A DNA stretch of 64,000 bases from Oikopleura dioica (Eukaryota; Animalia; Chordata), in the NCBI GenBank assembly GCA_907165135.1, contig OU015567.1:12958001-13022000 (forward strand), read 5' to 3'. A program made the translations under genes and the position numbers. The first letter of the stretch is position 1, and each line of letters begins with the position of its first letter. Shown piece by piece: positions 12,001-23,500 of the stretch. The notes below the pieces were generated by a model. The model searched no databases. It worked only from the letters and a program-made list of their open reading frames with translations, and was not told the DNA's origin.

Positions 12001-12602
12001 AAAACTCACGGCAATATTCTTGGCTCATCACATTCACTCCTGCTTGACGAAGCTTATTCGAAAGTTTTCCGCCTAATTTTTTAGAACCCCAGCCGGCTAC
12101 CCAGCATGCTTTCCCGTGAAAAGTAGCGACATCGGGCAAACAAGCGATTTGAACATCTCTATCGGGGTCACTCTCGATTATATCCTCTTCAAAGTTGAGC
12201 AAGCAGAGATCATACCCATTTCCAAATTGCGGTTGGATTTCGAATTTTTTCACAGTCAGCTCGTATTCGTTGGTTTCCGTGAACTTTTTATTGAGATCGC
12301 TGAAGGTCGCTTTGATAGAATCGCTATTCTGGCAGCAATGCGCCGCTGTTAAAACCCAGTGATTGTCAACTACAGTTCCGCTGCATAGGTAGTTATTACT
12401 TCCTTGGGTAACAGTCAATCTCGCTATATACGGCCATTCATTTTCGGCGGCCAAGACTCCTCCTATGATTCTTTCCGCCAAGATTGATCGTTGAAATACA
12501 TCACTTCGGAAGTTAGATTCATGGGTACAAGCTGACAGGCCATGAGTCGGTGAATTAGTGAGCTCTTCGAAAGCAGCGAGTGGGTTCTCTGATAGAATTC
12601 GA
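9029..12602 (-). CDS. Polyprotease: three tandem trypsin-like domains plus C-terminal ZP domain
   Basis: Activation motifs RIIGG, RIFGG and RIVGG, three GDSGGP, TAAHCC/TSASCC/SAAHCC. ZP-type C-terminus FHFNTFTF...LHFECELKVC...CIETCS*. Two short introns near 9330-9470. Signal-peptide exon upstream of 12602 not identified. Confidence 0.9.
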
Positions 12603-14787
12603 CTAAAAATTTGAGAAGAAAAATATAAAAATGACTTTATCGTCATTTTAAAAAAATATATTTTTGACAAGCTCTTTGCAAATTTTGTTATTCGGCGTTA
12701 GAGAGCGACATTCTATTTCTTATCGAAAATTCGAAACGGTAGTTTTACAAACCGCAAGGTTAGAGATAACAACTAACAATAGACAATTCTACAAGCTGAG
12801 TATGTTCTAACAGAAGAACACACACGTCAATGAGAATGAAGGTGATAAGACAATTTTATAGCTTCGCTAAACAGGGTGCTCTGCACATTCTTCTGATAAA
12901 TTATCTCCTTTCAATACGGATTCTTTCTTATTCGAGCACCCCTGAGGCTCCTTTTGGCCAGTTCCCTTCGTTCATTCAAACACTTGACTACAAATACTAC
13001 AACCGAACGCAAGAATTCGTTGAACAAAAGACTTGCTTCTTTAGTTTACGAAAAAACACTTGAAACTATGGCTTCTTGGGAGAGTGCGAGTACTGATTTC
13101 AAAAGAGAAGTGAGTTCGAAGCAGAGTTAATTTCCTTCAGAATTTAACATGGTAACATTAGAAATATTTTTTTTTCTTAGAATCTAAAACTGGTTCGTAG
13201 CGGTCCGTTTGTCCTCCTGTCTAAAAGACCAGCCCCCTCCCATGATGCCTCTATTTTTTATAATTTCGTGGATTGTAAATCTTTTCCGGTCCCTATGACA
13301 TCATCCAGAGCGTTAATTTTTATAACTTTGGCGTGATCACAAGTTTTTTAATTGGAGTTCAGATTTCCATGAAACGAGAAAAATTATTCGAAAAATTTAG
13401 AAACAAAAGACACAGCTCTTATGAACCTTTTACACACCGAAATGAGGCGCTTAGGGATCCTTTTTTGTCCATCGTGAGGAATTTTTTAAATGAAAGAAAT
13501 TAAAAATGATTTTTAGCAAGAAAGTTCATCTACCGAGCCGCTTCTTTCTGATCCGATCAAACATGGAACATCTGAAACGAAATCCCTTTCAAGAACAGGT
13601 ATTATTAGTAAAAAAGCAGGGTTCAGGCTCACATGAGTTCACGCAAGGGCAGATCAACTCATAATCTTTGCTGTCAGTTCATACAGCTCGATTATTAGGG
13701 GCAATATAGAATATAAAGGGAGACATTCCAGAACGGGCCCAATAAAGTGCTCGAGAAACTTCTACAGCCGCAGTAAAACATCGCGAAAGATCTTAATTAT
13801 CGACGGAGGGATGAACAACTGGCTGACAGGAAGGTCTGCTGGAAAAGTGGAGAGAATTGAGAAAAGAAAAACTCAAGGTAAGCCGTTAAGTTGAAATTTT
13901 TATAGGGCAAGGGGGAGCATGGAGTGATGAACTTACTGTTATTAAGAATATGACCTTGTCTCTTAAAAATCTCATTGTCGCGTCTCATCAAAAATTGACG
14001 ACGGAAAATCTTTCAGTTAATTTTTTCTGCCAGCGACAAAGAGAACGACTCGAAAAACAGGTTAATTATCCGGAAGCATCTAAATTAGACAGTTACAATG
14101 CAATTAAATGCCATTTATTTTTGCTTTTATATCTTGAATGAATAATGCGTAAGCGTAAAGAGATAAAGCAACACAGACACTCAGAAATTGCATTACGACC
14201 TCATAAACGAGTCGGACGCTTGAAATTAAGCAGTTTTCAAAGTCACGATCCATCGTTTACGTTTAGAGAATCTCACATTTTGTGATGACAAAATCGCACC
14301 CGTGTTATTCAAGGTATAAAAAAGGGTTCAAAAGTGACCTCTGGTGAACACTAATCTTTCTCCAGACGAAGCAGACTGGTACAAATCCTAAACTCGAACA
14401 TAATTTCGCCCATTTCTGCGGCTGAACCCACTCGCCACAATCGCTTGATTAATCCCTAATTCTGCCCTAATGAATTATGCTGCACTTGCCTTTCATTCAC
14501 TCGAGCATTTTATTTATTTCATCAAAAATAATCGCCAGTAGCGTTCTACGCCGCGTCTTTTTTTACGTTTTTTGAAAGGTCGGCGACACCTATTAACATT
14601 TCATACGATTTTCTAGCGTTCATACGCTCCGTAATTTTATTTCTACAGAGAAAAAGGTTCGTACCTCAAAAGATGAAGAACAAATCAATCCTAATAAAGC
14701 AGGATAACTAATGGCCATCTGTTTCGCATTATTCGATGATAAAGAGTAACCTTAAAAATGCGTGTATTTTCATCTCTCCAGGGTGCA

Positions 14788-16389
14788 TTACTGTAATCTT
14801 AAAAATGTCCTTTCCAATAATTTCCTTTGAGAGCAGCGAATTACGCCTCCCGTAGCACATTTGCTGCTCTGATCCTTCATAATCCGAGCTCCTGGATTCA
14901 GATTTTCGCCACGTGACAAAGACAAATTCAATTTTCTCAGTTTATCATACACTCCTGTGACCCAATTGAATAGAATTACAGTAATAAGAAGCGTCTTGGT
15001 AGGTTCGGCCAAGAAAAAAATAAACATTTTTGAACATTTTGAAACGAGAGAAGCCGGCCAAGTTTTCTTTTAAAGAGTTCTCAAATACTGAGGTGGGTTT
15101 CTATAAAGTGCTTTCTAAGTAAAGAGAATTTTAATTTTGCTTAAATTATAAATCGTTGATCGGTCAAATCGTGGAATTGATATTTATATTAATCGCTAGC
15201 AGAATAACCAGTACACTTTGCACTTTGTGGAAAGATGAATATTTATCAGGGAAACATCTTTTGAACACCCTTGGACTGGCTCATCCTCAATCAAAGAGTG
15301 CCTTTTTGACGGCGAGAAACCCAGATTTAAAAGAGCACGACTGAGAATCTGAGATGCAGCCTGGCCGTTTTCGCCCTCCAGTTTTACGGTATAAAATAAG
15401 AGAAACTGAAATCAAGGAAGACATCGTTTTTTTTTGAACTTGTACGTGACTTTTTCTCGTCGCTTTTTGCCCATCCTCAGTCTTATCACATCATTCTTAT
15501 CATTTTTTCCTTGATCCCACGCTTTACGGCATTTTCCCATTTTATTGCCATTTATTCTCTTTTTTTTTCAATTTGTTGAACTTTTTTTAATTCAAAAGCG
15601 AGCACTTTCTTATCAGCCCTGAAAGTGGGTTACTATCTATGAGACACTTTCCAGACATGATCAGAGACAAGAGTATTTTTAAGCTCCTGCACCTGCTCGG
15701 AGCTATAGACATCCTTCACAGAGGGTCAGTCAGATCCCCAACCTTCTTGATTTTTTTAATGAGAGATACTTACGATGAATTTGTAGAAGAAATACAGTAT
15801 TCACATTCGCACCGATAGAAGAAGATACAGACGACATGGTGTCAGCTGGCGTTACGGCTTCAAGATGTAGAAGTATGATGCACCCGCTTGTAAAAGTAAG
15901 TTAGAATGAATAAAGCGGGACTAGAGACAATTCCTAAAAGCAAATGCCAAATTCGTAAAATTTTACACCAATTTTTAGAAGAAGAGAAATCAGTCGGATA
16001 ATATGAGCGGCCGATCGAGAAAGTCATCTTTTGTTTCGTTTGCAGAACATCAACAACATAGAAAAAGTATGCCTTGTCAAGGAATGGGTAGTTTTTAAAT
16101 AAGAAATAAGAATAAATTATGAACATATTATTCACCCTTCAAAAAAAGACCTCGAAGGTTCAATTATCCGAAGCGCCCCAGCCGTCGACGAAGAAATAAT
16201 CGACAATCCAATTGCCCGTGAAATTTTCGCGAGCATCCGACAAAGGGAGGCAGCAAGCGCTAGAAATGCCAGGAGGGGTACGTTGAAGCAAATATGGAAT
16301 TTACACGCCCCCAAATTATGCAAAGGGGTGATAAGGGGAGGGAAGTTCAGGCACATAGCAGGAGATGATTTGTGAGGCTTTAGCAACAT
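14788..16389 (-). CDS. Possible divergent multi-pass membrane (7TM-like) gene
   Basis: Hydrophobic ORF pieces in plausible order: ICFNVPLLAFLALAASL, WCKILRIWHLLLGIVSSPALFILTYFYKR (TM3-like) and KTLLITVILFNWVTG (TM6-like). No complete splice model was obtained. Confidence 0.25.
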
Positions 16390-18553
16390 GCTTTTTCTCA
16401 GCAGAAAGAGACAAAAGTGAATTATGGCATGTGCGCAAATAGCAAGTTGAGAATCATTTGATAATTGGGAACGAAAAAAAGGTTGAAAAAGATCTCATAT
16501 TTAAATTTCTCTAAAGTCTGACCCACGGCCGTTTATCGAAAGCAACTGTTTTTGTTTTTCCTCCAACTAGGTCTCTATATTTCAAGGACGTCAAGATTAT
16601 CCAGGGATCAGTTTTTGGCGGAGCAGCCCTTAGGCCCACTTCGTGCACCAAATTGGGGCACTGAGGCTTCTTTTTCCCTAAAATCATTATCATTATAGAA
16701 ATTTTTTAAATTGACAGATGGTGGTGGAGATTAGTGAGACCAGATTTCGCGCCAAATCGGTAGACTCGGTTCCAGCTAGATCTCCGATTCAATCGAGAAA
16801 AAAAGGTAGCTTTGGATTTTTGAATAAATGAATTTCAAACGTATGAATTCTTGGTACTCTGAGGATGAGTGTGATTTGACAGGTATTTCTATCATCTACG
16901 TAGTTATTAATTACCCTGTGAATAGGATAGTCGTAGAAATAGTAATATTCCCAGATTATGAACGTATTATATTTATGATAAGTCATTCATAAATAAACAT
17001 CAAATAATAAAGTTTTTCATAAAATCCACGATTAAAAAGTTTTCCCAGAAACCATCATTTTTCGGAAAAATCTCAATTTTCCCTGTGTAAGGTCGAATGT
17101 AAAAACTGTCAAACATGATTTCCGAAATCCGAGAAAAAGTCGTTAAAAATCGACTTGTCAAAGGGGTTGAGCTTGTCACCTGCTTCAACTCCGGTACATG
17201 ATCGATTGAGGGACTCTTTCGACCCCCTAAGGCGATGAGTAAGCCCTATTCAAAACAGAATCTGAGCTCCGAAAAAAGGAGCCTTGAAAAGATCCCCCTC
17301 GAGTTGGTTGATTGACGAAAAAAATATTCCGGACTTTTTTTTCCGCTTTACCGCGTCATTTTCAATTTTTCCGTGAATAAACAGAGCAGCTGAATATTTT
17401 TTTCGAATGGAGCTTCCTGTAAGACAGAGAAATACAAGCAGATTCACGATACGTAAAGCGCCGATAGAACGCAATGCTTCGGAAGAGAAATTGCTCTCAC
17501 CCTCTTCTGATGAATCTTACAGTATCAATGATAGGCTCAGTGTCTAAAAGTTAAGAGTTAATTACATTTCGTAAAATTCACGTAAAGCGCCTTGTTGAGT
17601 TAATCCACAGTTGCTACAGTAATATTTTTGACTGAATAGCCCGATTATCCTCGGTGTGAAAGGAGCGCTTTTAAAATTTGGCTCAATTTCGAGTAGTTAC
17701 AAATTTCTGACATGGGAGATTTGTCTAATGGGGATCATCCGAGATCCAGCTAATCTCAGCTCTGAGCCTCAAGAGAAGGATCACGCCGGACTCAGCTCTC
17801 GACTCGGCGTTCATGCTCGGCAGGCCTAAACTCGAAGGCTACCCAGCTACTATTCACGATTGTGGGGCCACTGGCTCGGGAGGTTATCGGAAAATTTTAA
17901 CAAGGAATCGGGTGAATAGCAAACTTTTACACAAGAATTCGTACTAAACGAAATTTGCTCTACTGAAATCCGGAAGTACGGTTTTTGTGATTTCATCCGG
18001 TCTTTGTCAGAATCTGAGATTCATGTAATGATCTGACCACAACTCAGCTTTGGGCAACAAAGGACCTCAAAGTGCTTTCTGAACGGCCGAGCAGTTCTCT
18101 ATCAGACTCCTCCAGCGTCGAACGATGGCAAGAGACGATTATCCAAGGCCGGGTCCATTTTTGACTTACAGAGAGACACATAACCGGTTCATTATTGAGA
18201 AAATTTTTTGAATATAAATGCCCTTATTTGGTTTCCAAATGGGATTATTTTCACCCGCTTACAGTCCCGGAAAGGGAAGGAACAGACACTTTTCTCCAGC
18301 TGTCTCCGAAGCTCTGCTTGAATCATTAAGAGATGGGCAAGGGGTTTGAACTTATACCAGAGATTTTATAGAGACATTTTATAAATTTGATCTTTTTCAA
18401 CCCTTTTTCTCGGTACCCAAAGTCGCGCATTGACAAGCTAGGCGATCTTATTGAGAGTTCCGATAATGGTAAAAATTTGGCAGGAGCAAGAGAATAAAAG
18501 TTATTGACCTTGAATTTCTAGGATCGAAAATTCTCAGAAGAGATATCTCGCGC

Positions 18554-20276
18554 ATGGTCCTTGATACCGGTGGCGATTATAGAGTCAGTCAAAAGGTTTG
18601 GAATAATGTAAGGGACTTTTCATAAGGAAAAATTGTAGCTATCGAAACATGGTCCTTCATATCTCGGAACATTGCGGGGAAAAGATCTGGAGATGGCAAA
18701 GCAGCTCTCCGAGCATACCAGGCTTGTGGACAAAAAAGGGAGAAATCAAGTCTCATTCAAAGATATGGAGGAACAATCTGCCATGTATATGAAGGATATC
18801 TTCACGACATTCGTTGATGCTCATTGGTACTATGTCCTGATAGCCTTTTTCGCTTCTTTCTTTGGTGAGTTCTGATAGTTATATAACCAGCCGGCTGCCG
18901 GCTTGGAAGACGTCTTTCTGGACATGCGTTTGAATAAATCAATTCATAATCATAATCTTCAAGGGCTTTGGCTATTATTTGGTCTGTTTTACTGGGCAAT
19001 CGCCTGGCACCACAATGATATCGAAGCTTATAACAATCCACAAAACTTCACCGATCATACGTAAGTCAACTCAATAACGAAATCAACGAACAAGTAACCC
19101 TCTTTTTAGCTCCTGTGTCGATCAAGTCTTTGATTTCACCACAGCCTTTCTCTTTGCGTTGGAAGGGCAGACAACAATTGGTTATGGCTTCAGGTCGACG
19201 ACCGAAGAGTGCCCAATTGCAATTATTCTTCAGTTCATTCAGTTCCTCACTGCTATCGCTTTGGATTCGCTTGTTGTTACGATTGTTTTTACTAAGGTAA
19301 GTTATGAACTAATAAAATTTTTGTAATATTCTGGTTTTAGCTCGCTCGACCAAAATACCGCGCAAAGACTGTCGAGTTCTCAACAAAAGCGGTCATTCTT
19401 GAACGCGACGGCCAATTATGCCTGATCGTAAGGGCGTGTAACCTCCGCAACTCGCTGCTTATAGATGTCAATGTATCCGGCAAGCTTCTGAAAACGCGCA
19501 GATCTCTTGATGGCGAGTGGCTGGCGCTGGAAGAGCGAAATGTGGAGTTCGCCAATTCGAATGTTTTATTTTTAACGCAGCCTGTTGATTATGTACATAT
19601 CATCAACGAGGAATCGCCACTGTATGAGTTGTCTCAAGAAGTTCTCAGTTCAGGAGAGCCGCTAGAATTGATCGTTATCATGGCCGGTGAGTCGAAATAA
19701 TCGATAACCATAACGTCAGTCCCTTTTTTATAACCCGGTCGATGAAATTGCGGTTTGACGCCGATTTGCAACCGTACTTATCGCTTGAGTTACCCCTCTC
19801 GTGGGTGATTCATCAGTAAATGTACGGTAAATCGAAGCTCAAAATTGCAAGTATCTAACAGCTCTTACCCCTCGGTCGTAGGATCTAACGTTTCATGACT
19901 GCAAACAATTTTCAAACTCGAAATTTCAGGAATCGTGGAAGGAACAGGAATGGCCTGCCAAGTTAGAACATCTTACGTCTGCTCCGAGATCCTCTGGGGA
20001 CACCGTTTCGAGCCGGCAATAACGAGGAATAAAAATATTAACAAATATCAAGTTGATTATGAAAAGTTCAACAGCATTATTGAGGTGAGTCTTCTTTGAT
20101 TTCAGAATTCTTGAATTTTTTTTTTGAAGATTTCTCCACCAATGTCGCCAAAGAGTGCGGAAGAGCGAGATAACGAAGAAGATGACGAAATCGTCGACGA
20201 GGAAAATGTAGTTATCAACGAGAGCGACGAGTCTCCAGTAGGTTACTTCCCGGACAATGTAAAAACTGTCTGCTGA
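18554..20276 (+). CDS. Inward-rectifier potassium channel (Kir family)
   Basis: [70 protein letters not shown]. Stop at 20274-20276. An upstream phase-compatible exon from ATG 17813 may extend the N-terminus. Confidence 0.95.
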
Positions 20277-20564
20277 TTTGGATCAAACTCGATCATCGAT
20301 TAATTTATAATTCGTTCAAACAAAAAGTGCCCTTCCAAAAAACTGTACATTTGATCTTCTCTCAGAAACACAAAAATGCCAATCGCTACATACAATCCAA
20401 CTTTAAAAATGCCTACGAAATGCTTTACTTGATTCAGAGAAAAACCCTGACAAGTGATGCTTTACAAATAAGATGAAATATTGCCAAAATAAAATATCAA
20501 AAAAATGATGGAAATGAGTGATTTGTCTGTATTTATTTCCTAAGAGACTAGTACATTTCGAGGG

Positions 20565-23500
20565 TTAATTAAGGCAGTGAAGAAGAAGTAGGAAGAAAAG
20601 TGATAAATTGATTACTTGAAAGGCACAGCCCGAGCAACCTAATTGCTTGGCGAAACTGACGCTTTCGACTTTTTCGATATTATCGATCATCTCTGTACTC
20701 TGCAGATCTTCAGCTTGATCTTGCGCAAGTTCGCAAAATTGCTCCTCGCTCTCTGCCACTTCCTGGGCTTTCAGCGTCTGCGTAAAGTTACGTGGCTCGA
20801 TGCAATTATTTCGAACTCCATTATTTGGCCCTTCTACCGTTTCGTCGCCAGTATCGCAGCATTGAACCCAAAGCATGAGAAGATTCGTAGAAAAGATTGG
20901 GCGAAGCGCGAATTTTCGCTCGTAGCATTGATCGATGGGATCTCCTGGAAATTTTGATGGTCCCTAAAAAAAAGACGGTAGATTGATTATTGAACTGTTC
21001 GTATTACCGGACAAACAGTAGTATAATCACTGGAAGTATCAGATCGTCGGTTGAATTGATAGATCGTGTAGTCTACAATTCTTTCTACCAGATGAGTCAT
21101 AGTATGTTCTTTACCTTTGATGCAGCTTCTATCGATATGAAAATCCGAATTGATCTGATCCTCCAAATCCAATAAAATGGGACTGTTGGTTTGGTTCTGT
21201 CTGCTGGTACTTTGATAATTGCGAAACTCGAATTTTTGAAAGAGTTTTGGCGGGTCGGTGATCATCGTTTCGAACAAAGTAGGGTCCACTGTTCCCAAGT
21301 GCTTACCAACCTCATCGGTTGCCCTCGAGCTCAGGTATACGTAGCCAAAGTCATCAATAACAAAACACCTATAACCACCCGAGCACTGCTCGTTTGGCTT
21401 GTTCCAGTCGCCGCAAGGACTTCCGCCAACCGCATCGAATATTTGCCGATGATTGAGTTTTTCCTTTGAAATATTAAGTGAACAATCAAAGTTGAACAAA
21501 TGCTTACTCTTATCATTCCCAGAAGGTACTTATTCTTGACTTGAAAGCCAGTTATCATCATTGGAGCATATTCGTTTTCCTGGATCTTAGAATTCTCGCC
21601 AACATAATACGCCCTTGTCATAAGAAACGAATCACTGATTGGAGACATCGTGAAGATGTAAGTTTTCGAAGGATATCCAACTGTCTTCTGGTAATACAGA
21701 GGATATCCAGATTTGGAAAAGCGTCCATAATCATCCAGAGCCGTAATTGATTTTTGTTGTCCCTGAGGCGAGTTGTCTGAAATGCGCTTTCGATATATTC
21801 TTCTGTACTTCACTTACCGAGAAATCTGATCAAGCCACTTCTGGTCAAGCAAAAGCCAAAGTCAATCATAAGTCTTGCGTTGTCATTTTGATCCCTGAAC
21901 ACATCAGACCAAATATTGATCAAGCTGGACGTGATCTTGACATCATACAGAAGTGCGTCGATCATATTTTCTTCGCACTCGAATCGCGGGTTTCTCCAAG
22001 ATCAATAGAGTGAGCATTTACTTATTCAAGAATTCAAGGTACCTTTCAGTCAAGTACTCAGTCAGAGCTTCTTTCTGAGTGAAATCGCGACAATCGTCAC
22101 GTCTCGTAGCCGTCTTCTTTCGAGAACAGTATCTTAAGGGACGCGGGCGAGCAGCGCGGAGCCGAACTTCACGCGCTCGCTATTATTCTTGAAAATGAGA
22201 TTTTTCAAAATTTCTTTTTGCAAATATCATCTACAACTCTTCAGCTTTCTATTCCAGTTCTCAGTTTGTCTCTAGCATTATTTACTGACGAGCTAGCGAG
22301 AAAAAGAGACGCGCAACTTCAAAAGGCATCAAGTCCTTCAATCTTCATTATTATTTCATGAAATTAGCACCATTGAAAAGCCCATGAAATTCTGAGCAGA
22401 TCATACGTATAGCGCTAAGCTGAAAATGTACTAATTGCGCAGAAAGCGCTGATAAACCTAGGAACTTAGCGCGCTCCGCACGGCAGGGCGCTCCGATTTA
22501 ACTATTTTTGGCTCCTTGGACATGATTCCTGCTGGGCGCGCGCTAGGTTACCTTGTTTATCTGATCATTATCGCTAATTAGTACATTTTCAGCTTAGCGC
22601 TATACGTATGATCTGCTCAGAATTTCATGGGCTTTTCAATGGTGCTAATTTCATGAAATAATAATGAAGATTGAAGGACTTGATGCCTTTTGAAGTTGCG
22701 CGTCTCTTTTTCTCGCTAGCTCGTCAGTAAATAATGCTAGAGACAAACTGAGAACTGGAATAGAAAGCTGAAGAGTTGTAGATGATATTTGCAAAAAGAA
22801 ATTTTGAAAAATCTCATTCTCAAGAATAATGGCGAGCGCGTGAAGTTCAGCTCCGCGCTGCTCGCCCGTGTCCCTTAATCAATAAATCAGCAAAAGAAAC
22901 CAAACTACTTGATCACCTCCATTGGTTTGGCAAAGAGATCTGATTGGCATTTCTTAGTTCCCTTAGAAGCTCACAGAGATAGTCCTGCCTTGGCGTACGT
23001 GTTCGATAATTCGAGTTGCATGTGTTCCCTCCAACAAAACTTGTTTTATCAGATCTAAACTTTCGCGACAAGCCAATATTCGTGTTCGCATGTTCGCTCG
23101 GAATCGCCTGGCCGACGATGAAACCACCGCTGATCTTTTGAAATTGAAATGTCGTCTGAGAAAAGAGGAATCTTTGGCAATGATCGTAGTAGCACTCTGG
23201 GTCCCTAAGATAATTATTTCTCCTTAACTTTAATCTTGAAGAAAATCACACCTTCTATCGCATGTTGGGTTTCCAACGCAATCAAGAGGCATTTTTACTG
23301 GAACATTTTTGAACTCAAGATAATTTTTTCTGCTCATTTTGTGTAGTATCAGTCGAAAATCCTGAACCCAGTTTGGATCCGAAATGTACTCGAGCTGGTG
23401 GAGAGACATGCTTCGATAGGATCGCCGAACGGTCATCTCATCGATGGTATCTTGAAGGTAGGGATGAATTATTACGAAGCCGCTTTTGTTGAGAAGAAAC

